A stretch of 64,000 bases of DNA, from positions 1-64,000 of the forward strand of contig JAKMXF010000300.1 of the NCBI GenBank assembly GCA_024704765.1. The letters are read 5' to 3'. Positions within the stretch are counted from its first letter, which is position 1; every line of letters begins with the position of its first letter. Of this stretch, positions 55,101 through 64,000 are shown one piece after another. The DNA is from Oopsacas minuta (taxonomy: Eukaryota; Animalia; Porifera). Under the pieces are notes generated by a model, which saw only the letters and a list, made by a program, of their open reading frames with translations, was not told where the DNA came from and did no database searches. The position numbers and the translations under genes were made by a program.

Positions 55101-58100
55101 AAATCTTTCCCCATATTTCTCTCTATTTCTAATAATTGGGTTTCTGTTAATACTCTACATCTACATTACATTCCACCCGATTCGTTGCCAAAAGAATTCA
55201 CCCACTATCCTAATACATTCCTCAGCCCTCATGACATCACGAATACACAATTATGTTTCAAGCTAAGAATTGAACGAATTTCTCTTTCACAAACAGTTCG
55301 GTTACATTTACTACCGTTAATCGTTAAAAATATATTATGTAACCATCTTCAACAAAGAAAAATCCTATCTTTATGGATTCTGCGGAACATTTCAAACTTT
55401 GACGAAGATCTTATCAACACCCTATCTACTTCTAACTGGTTAATGGATTCTACTGCTCAAACTCGACTTTTGGCACCTACTCAGCTGTTTGACCCAAACA
55501 ATGAGCTATTTGCACAGCTTTTACCCATAACTCAGAGTGGTATATTCCCTAATACAATTTATTCTAGACAAACTGCTAGTTTAAGATCACTTGGACTGAT
55601 TACAACCCAAAATATATCTTATCAACAACTACAAAATGTTATCGTTATTACTCTACGAAATGTAAGTAATGTGATTACTGAGAACTATAACAATTGGATT
55701 GATTCTTTAACAGAATTAGTTGACGTACTGATGGATAGATTTAGTCTTGCACTTGAACCTAATTTCTGGACAATATTCAAGACATCTGCATTCATTTTAT
55801 CATCTCCCAGGAACAATTCTTATCCCGGATCTTTACCTTATTACAATTCTAATAATAAATATTTCAATCCTCAAAATGTAATTTACTGCTCTGAAAGAGA
55901 ATGTAGCCTTATTGCAGGTGTTACACCTGTATTTATAGAAAACTCACGTCAATCTTGTACAATTAGAGACGTGTATGCGTTAATGGGTATGTCAACCAAA
56001 ATACCAATTAAACTAGTATGCGAACAGTTGAAGTTAATTACACGACAATCTCGATACAATTCTAACGAAATACACTCTCTTGTTAAGAAAATTTATAAAT
56101 ATTTTTCAACTCACCTTGATATAAACCAAATTGAATTACCTCAAAATTTTGTTTATATTCCTGATTATGGATTCTTTGGTTCTCAACGTGTAGTTATGTC
56201 ATGTGATGGCAATTTCCTTCCCTATATATTTTCTCTATCAAAATACTATCCTATTTATGAAGAGAGTTTCGCTCGTTTCTTCACAACTTTTAACATTGAC
56301 GCTGATATTGGAGTTGCTAAATGTAACTTGATTTTACATAAACTACACCAAACTACAACAGCTCTCTCAGTGCAAGATCTAAATCTGGCAAGTAAGGTAA
56401 TCCAAATGATTGGAGAGTCAGTTGATGAATCGTCAGGATATGATTATTTAATGCTAGCACAGAATAATTTACTTTATCCTGCAGCAGAGTGTGTGTTCAA
56501 TGATTTATCTTGGTTAAAACGATCAGAGCTTTCTACCAATAAGCCTGTTGTACACAGGAATATTTCTAATATCACTGCTAGTAAACTAGGCTGTAGACCA
56601 GCTAGTTTCGAACTAGCTCCAACAGCTGAGAGCATTGTCTATTCATTTATGTCTGCAGCTGGTCAGTCAGAAGATCTTGTTGATAGACTCAAGGGTATTT
56701 TAGAAGGATATAGAATGCATACAGATGTTTTTAATGAGCTCATTCAGAATGCTGATGATGCTGGTGCTTCTATAGTTAAAGTCTTATTTGATTATACTTC
56801 TCATCCTGCTAAATCAGTCTTACATAAAAATATGGAGAATATCCATGGTCCTGCTATGTATCTATTCAATAATGCTAGATTCACTCCACGAGATTTTGAG
56901 AGTATCTTAAAGCTATCTTCTTGCAACAAACTGAGTGATACCGAGAAAATAGGGCGGTTTGGTGTAGGTTTTAACGCAGTATACAATTTTACTGATTGTC
57001 CGAGTTTTGTGAGTAATGATTCTGTTCAGATATTCGATCCTCTACAAAAGTACGTTGGTCAGTTTAGCAGAGATTCAGGTGTACGTATTCGCTTCGTGAA
57101 TGATGAATCTGCAGTGGATACGTTCAGGGATCAGTTTCAAGTGTATCATAATATATTTGATTGTAATATTCTAAATCGGGAACCGTATCACTATACTCTG
57201 TTTCGCTTGCCATTTCGGTCAGAAATGAGTAAACTTTCTAGCCAGACATTCAACCTGGAAGGTATTACACAACTAAAGTCAAAAATCGTTAATGAGATAT
57301 CACATTTAATGCTATTCTTACAGAATATTAATTGCATTGAGATTTATGAGAGAAAACAGAATACTATCGCTTTGAGAAAAATCCTACAAGTTACAAAAGA
57401 TGATTGTGCGACTACACATTTCTTACAGAATAACAAGCACTATTTTCAAACTTATAAACAGCAACTAACAACAAAGTGTAGACCATCTCCTATCACTTCT
57501 TCTGATACCTTTACTGTTAGCACAATATGTCAAGGTAAGAAGACTTCAAAATCTTATCTAATTGCCTATGCGAGTGGTGTAGGTGATTGTTATGATGTTT
57601 TACAGAAATTTCATTTCTCAAAGATAACCTTTCTTCCTCTTTGCGGGGTAGCTCTTCCGTTAGAATTCTTAGAAAATCTCCCTGCTCATCTTCTATCCAA
57701 GATTTATACCTTCTTACCACTGCCCATTAGAAGCCCGTTATATCTCAATATAAACGGCTACTTTTCACTCTCTCAATCTAGGAAGCATTTAAACGATGCT
57801 TATATGGGGGAAGGTTCGGATGCTGAATCAGATATCCTAACTGAATGGAATTTAGCACTAATAAACGATGCTCTACCAAATGCATTAATAACTGCATTAG
57901 AAACTTTACCAAGGTTACCCCCACTATGTCACAACACTAGTTTAATCTCAAACTATTATTCTATTTGGCCTATTAAGGAGAACACTACTTTGCTATGGAA
58001 AAATTTGTCTGAACATTTCGCTAGAAGGATTTTAGAAAAATTTCCAGAAGCTAATCTATTTTTATCTGCTAATTCTGATACCTGGATATCATTTCGACAT

Positions 58101-61100
58101 ATTTCATTTCTAATTATAGAAAATAATGTTATTTCTACAAAAGGCTTTACTAAATTTATATTCGAACTATCTGCCCGGAAAAATATTTTATTCGCTAATA
58201 TTCCACAATTTTTCTACTCCTCAAATATTTATAGGATATTTTCAGAGCTGGCACCAGATCAAATATTCAATCTTCAACGGTTGTGTAATCAAATAATTTT
58301 TCCTAGCTTAGAACAACTCTCAATAGAACATTTAGTATTAATTTTCAGCACTTTAATAACATTGTGTTCAGATGAATCTAATTATAATTGGCTATACTAT
58401 GATCTATGTGAAATTAACTTTATTCCATGTGGGATAGATTCCTCTAATTTTATATTAAGAAAACCTAAAGAAGTTGTTTGTCCAAACACGAAATTATCTA
58501 CACTGTATCAACCTAATGAGTTGAGGATACCAGTTCCTGAACTGTATCATTTATTTGATTTCAGTCAACACACTGTGTTTTCTAATATATTACAAAGAAT
58601 GTCAGTGATTTATGACAGATTACCTGATTCAGAGATTATCAGTAGATGTCGGGTAACTACAGATCTACCTGTTGAATCAGCTACAACACATGCAGTTACT
58701 CTAATTGAATACTTAGCCAAATGCAAGGATAATATAAAATCAGTTATTCCACAATTGCGAGACATTCCATTCATCCCAACATATCGTGATGATCTATTTT
58801 ATGTATTAAATATTACTCCTAAAGATTTCGTATCTCCTAGGAAATGTTACACATACTCATGTCACCATCTAGTAACGCCAATATACCCTGTTGCTTCCAA
58901 ATCTGTGGGGTCATTTTCCAAATGTCTCTCTCTACTAAACAATCCTGGATTTGGAGTAGTTCTGGAGATATTAGATTATTTAAAATCAAATGTGGAATCT
59001 ATTCGGTCACAGAAAGCAATAATCGACGATAAAATACTTGAAATTTACAAATTTCTTTCAAAACAGAGTGATAGTAAGAATATTGATGGAATTAGAAACG
59101 CACTCAATAAGGTCAGCTGGATTTGGCATCCAGCTAATATGCAATTCTATGCTACAGACCAAGTAATTCTTTCTAGCGATTTTCAGAGCGTACCTGAGAA
59201 TACATATTTGGTTAGCTTTCCTTATATGGAATCAATTTTTCGAAATAATACATTAAGGAAATTTTTGGAAGAGGTTGGCATCAAAAAAAGTATTGATGAT
59301 GAAACTATATTAGCTTGTATTGAAAGAATTCATGAAAACGAGAGTGGTAATCTTCCAAAAAACCTTGTCCAATTGGTCTTGAAACTACTCGATTCTATTA
59401 ATGAACATGAAAATTGCTCTGATAAAATACACATTCTGAGTCAATCTAATTTGTTAAAGCGTCCAAATGAACTTTTTATTCATTTCCTACCTTTGATAAG
59501 TGAAGATACTTCTGAAGAAGATCTATCAATATTTGTACATCAAAGTATAAATACAACAAATGCTATTAAACTTGGAGTTAAACTAAGTGAACAGTTATAC
59601 TCTTCTGAATCCGATATTTCTGTAGAAGACTTTGGAATTGAAGAAGAGATAACTGACAGAATTCAGACTCTAGTAAGAGAAATGCCAATCCATTCTCTCA
59701 TTAAAGAATTGATTCAAAATGCGGAGGATTCAGGAGCAACTGAAATCCTATTTATACTTGATGAGCAAGATTACAGTTCTCACGATAAATCACTCTCACT
59801 GAATTCTGGAGTATACCCCAATTGGAAATTGCTTCATTCCTGCCCATCTTTAACTGTATACAACAACAAAGGATTTTCTGATGAAGACATTAAGGGAATA
59901 CAGAAATTGAGTGTTGGAGGGAAATCTGATAATCAGAATACGATTGGAAAATTTGGACTTGGATTCAATTCAGTTTATCATTTAACAGATGCTCCATCTT
60001 TCATTACACATCGGCCTGAAGAACCTGGGATTCATCTTTGTTTCTTTGACCCATTTTTAAAATACACTACTAATATTTATAGGTTTAGATCGACCAAGAG
60101 AGGTAAAAAGTTTGATATAACAGCTGATAACATGGAAAAATTTGAAGATCAGTTGTTTCCTTTTAGATTTAATGGGTTTCGTAAAGAACCTGTTCTTGCT
60201 GCTAGTTTAGCGAATATTTGGGAAAATGGTGACTTTACAATGTTTAGATTCCCTCTTGATATTGAGAAATTTCATTCAACCCATTTCAAATACAGAAAGT
60301 CTGAAACTAGAAAACACAAATCAATTAAAGATATCCAAGAAATGCTAATTGAACAAATCAAGCGGTCATCAGAAATACTACTATTCTTGAGAAATGTACA
60401 AACAATAAAAGTAATTAGCATTGATAGGTGCAAAAGTGTTACTCTTCATTGTTCACAATCTATTAGAGTATTGGAAAATACTTCAATACCTAGACCTGAC
60501 TGGTTTCCTCATGCAATGGACACTGATACCATAATATTACAAAGAAAGGAAAGTAATAACGAAGATAAATTGACTAATACAGTAAATGAATGGCTAATAT
60601 TTTTATACCCAGAAGTCTCTATTGAAGATTATGTACAAAAGGATGAAACTCTATCTGAACATCCAGAAGTATTATCTGAGGAGAAGCTCTGGGGGTTTGG
60701 TGGTGTGGCAGTTTGTATATCATCTTTGAAAACAACACAAAAATCAAATATTTTCAATTTTCTTCCAGTTGGTGCAAGCAAGAATTTCCCAGTTCACATA
60801 AATGCTCCGCTATTTATTGATTCTTCTCGGCAGAATGTTCATGAAGAACAATCCGATTATGCTAATACTTGGCACACTTCAGTTATAAATTATATACTGA
60901 CCCCACTTTATACTCTCCTTCTTATCCAACTTCGTGTTCCACCCAAAATAATGGAATCTATTGAAGATAAGCAGGCTTATTTCAATTGGTATTATTCTCT
61001 TTTTCCACGCGAATCGAAAACTGAAGGTACTTTTTTGTCTAAGTTAAGAGAACGAATCTATTCGTTTTTGTATGATACGAATCTACCTATTTTCTTGCTA

Positions 61101-64000
61101 CATAACCTTGATGTATCTGAGGACTTAATTTGGCATAATATTCATGGTCAGGAATGTGGTATTTTATTACCAATATCTTTCTTTTCAAAACCAAAAGTAG
61201 CTCCCCAAGAACGACAAAATCAACAGTCATTCAAATATCCTGTAGATGTATCTTATCTACGTCCAACCGAAGCAGCAGATGCTCAATCGAGATTAGAAGC
61301 AAGAAAGAAAGAAAACGAAATCCGGAGATCACTCATCTCTATAAAGCTCCCATTAACCTTTGCTCCCATTGCACTGAAGTGTCAATTTAAAGAGGAAATA
61401 GCTCAATTAGATCCGATTATATTGCTTGGTTATCTCAATAAAAATATACATTATTTGTTTCCTGAACATACTATATCACGTAACATTAATTCTTCTATCC
61501 TATCATTCAACCAAATACAAACTATTTTAGAATATGTTTTAACTGCAGATTTGGAATCACTAAAAGCTTGTGATATTCCAATAGGGATTGATATTGAGAA
61601 TACTTTGCGTATTTTAAAATTAGCTGAACCCTCTTTTCTCTCTACATTTTCTCCTCTTCTACCTCATCATGCGGAAATGTTCATTTCATCGAATTATGAT
61701 TCTACAATAATTAGGAAACTTAAAGACACCGGATTTGTGAAAGAGTTGGATGAAGAATATCTCAAGAATCATCTTGCTGTCGATAAATTTCTAGACAAAC
61801 CTGTTTGCTGCTCTTTGTTCTGGGATTTTGTTGTACGGTTAAACATGCCTCCAGAAATTTTGACAAGTAACTTTGGTCAACATTCGCTTGTACCTACATG
61901 TTCTCACGAGCCAAATGTACAAATTGAGTTTTCTCCTATCAATCAATTGCAGTATATTGTTAGTCAAACTTTACAGGAGAAAGACAAAACTCTTTATAGC
62001 GTTTTGAACAAATTCATTTGCCCTCTCTTGAATCTCAAGTTTATTGATACAGTGAAGATTAGAAAAATAAATTCTTATCTGGATGCTATTGCCATTTCCC
62101 AAATCCGTTCTCCAAAAATAATTATTAGTTGTATCTCTCACTCGAAGGACATTACTGCTTCAGTAACTAGCAAAGAAGTTGACAAATTACTTCAAATTAT
62201 AAATCAAGTTGATGTGAATTCACTTACCCAAGATGAAATTACTGTGCTGACTTGTCTCAAAGTCTTTCAGACTCAATCAGGAGAGTATTGTTCTTTGTCT
62301 GATTGCGATCAATGCTTCATAAATAACTTCAACTTAGATTTAGGTACTGTACTACTACAAACACTTTTACAAAAGTATAGATTAGTCATTTTCTCTTCAA
62401 ATAATTCAAGCTTAATTCAATCTTTGGGTAGAAGAGCTAAGATACAAATTTTAGACGTGTCTCACTTGCTCTCAGGGATGATATTCCCTCATCTCGCTGA
62501 AATACCGGTTGAGGAACAGAAGAAAATTATTATTTTCATATCACATAATCTAGATGGCCGAATGAACTTATCAAACTTAATTAGAACTTTGGCTAAAATT
62601 GCTTTTGTGTTAAGCGATGACGGGCGAAAATTTAGATTCAATCAGTTCTATTCTCCCGAAATGACATTCTTTACAAAATTCCATTCTCACACTACTCTAC
62701 CTTTGTTATGGAGAGATGGTGGCATTAGACATCTCATTATAAAGCTGGGACTACGGACTGAAATTTCACTTCAAGATATACATGACGTAATACTAATGTT
62801 TTCTCAAAAAATATTCCCAAGTTCAGATCTACCTGAACTATTTGATGCATTTCGACCTATCCTACAAGCTAACAAAGAATTAGACTTGACAACTCTTCAC
62901 AATATTGCTAATATTCAATTTCTCCCTGTCTGGAGAATAGAATGTATTACAGCAGCTAATGAAAAAACATATTCTGAAAATTTAGTTAGATTCTGTGATG
63001 CTCAGCTAAGACAGTTTCAAAACTGTTGTTGTACAACAGCCTGGATCCACAAATTCGACTTTAATTTCCCAACAGAATACTACCAACATCTTCGCATTGG
63101 AGAATATCCAGATCCTGCTACAGTGAGGGATCATTTAATCAAAATCACCAATCAAATAATACAGGTCTATTCTCTTTTAAATATACCAACTTGTTATGAA
63201 AAATATTTCCGGAAATCTTACGAGCTTCTAGAAATGAAGTTTCCAGCTGAAATATCTTATGAAGGACTTTTCAATTTACCTTGCATTCTATGGGACAATA
63301 AACTGTACTACCCAATCAATATGTTAATTAGTTCAAATGAGATTCTATCTCCGTTTGTCATACAACTGCCTGCAAAACTCGCAGGAGACTATTTGAATTT
63401 TTTCAAACGAATCAAGGTCAGTGAGAGAGCTACATACAAACATTTTGCGCTTGTTCTATTAGAAATATCAGAGCACTTACGTTTATCCGATATTGAATTG
63501 AGTGAGAGTGATTTCTTACAACAATCTGAAAAAGTTTTCAACAGCTTCATATCTGCATTAAGAGAATTACAGATAAATCAAATATCTTTTTGCCTTGACT
63601 TGAATCAAACCATGCTTTTAACAAGAGACAGTAAGCTTGTTTCGAGCATCAACGTGGTATTTGCAGACAATCTTTCCCTACTTTCAAGGGTGATAAAACT
63701 AGATATAAATATAAATATTTTGAAACCATTAGAGCCTGATGAAAATAAATCATGTGTACCTCCAAGTTGTCTTAATTTGAACAATCTAACTGAACTTGTG
63801 TCTGAACAAATACATCCTAATGTATTGAATAATAATACAATTTCTCTAGGAACTTATTCTTCTCAACAACTACAAAAGACTTTGAAATGTCAGGTTGTAT
63901 TTCGTTCAATGCGTAGATTATACTTCCATTTGACGAAGAAAGATTTAGAAAAATTGTTGCTATTGAATGGAGAAACTTGTTTCAATGATGATGGCCTCTC
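52102..64000 (+). CDS. SACS: Sacsin (partial, runs off the window). Exons 52102-52132, 52199-52284, 52427-52685 and 52867->64000; three sacsin repeat regions (Hsp90-like GHKL modules)
   Basis: GQRVPPLI...[12 protein letters not shown]|[11 protein letters not shown] (SRR1), [23 protein letters not shown] (SRR2, ~56730-56990), [24 protein letters not shown] (SRR3, ~59700-59985), FRFPL motifs. The frame is consistent at 52869, 56736, 59706 and 63951, and no terminated large plus-strand ORF appears in the track. Confidence 0.93.

Noticed and set aside
42538-61390. Small ORFs within NmrA, PLXDC, EPDR-like, HLCS and sacsin (e.g. 42599, 43887, 49336, 52346, 54155, 57517, 61154)
   Set aside because: Alternative-frame or antisense shadows of the long CDSs.
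1-64000. rRNA, tRNA or snRNA genes
   Set aside because: No cloverleaf or conserved rRNA/snRNA motifs recognised by eye; a covariance-model scan (tRNAscan-SE, Infernal) would be needed to exclude small RNAs such as an SL RNA.

Overview
AT-rich, gene-dense eukaryotic (animal) genomic DNA. It is most likely a glass sponge (Hexactinellida); this is an inference from mostly intronless housekeeping genes, many stand-alone NHL-repeat genes, an orphan 7TM family and sacsin. The window opens with about 456 bp of a 10-bp TGTAGGGTAA/T telomere-like array whose G-strand points inward, opposite to a normal chromosome end. Next come EFCAB9 and a rearranged block (3.0-14.0 kb) containing two inverted, CDS-identical MIF/DDT genes, two diverging orphan 7TM genes and a truncated plus an intact NHL gene. 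The rest holds a non-autonomous Helitron, PAK1IP1, an orphan membrane glycoprotein, BTF3, an actin-like protein lacking the hydrolysis residues, an intronless E-protein bHLH, two more NHL genes, a 4-exon RBM24/38, NmrA-like (plus two pseudogene pieces), a frameshifted PLXDC, TMEM147, Rab32/38-like, an ependymin-like protein, HLCS and a sacsin whose >11 kb exon runs off the window. The most notable cross-window pattern is that about half of the genes carry a TTAG splice-acceptor-like site 0-16 nt before the ATG. Together with very short same-strand gaps, this points to spliced-leader trans-splicing/operons or to selectively retained 5'-UTR introns. No rRNA, tRNA or CRISPR array was found. All counts and alignments were done by eye and homologies were recognised from memory; no searches were run.
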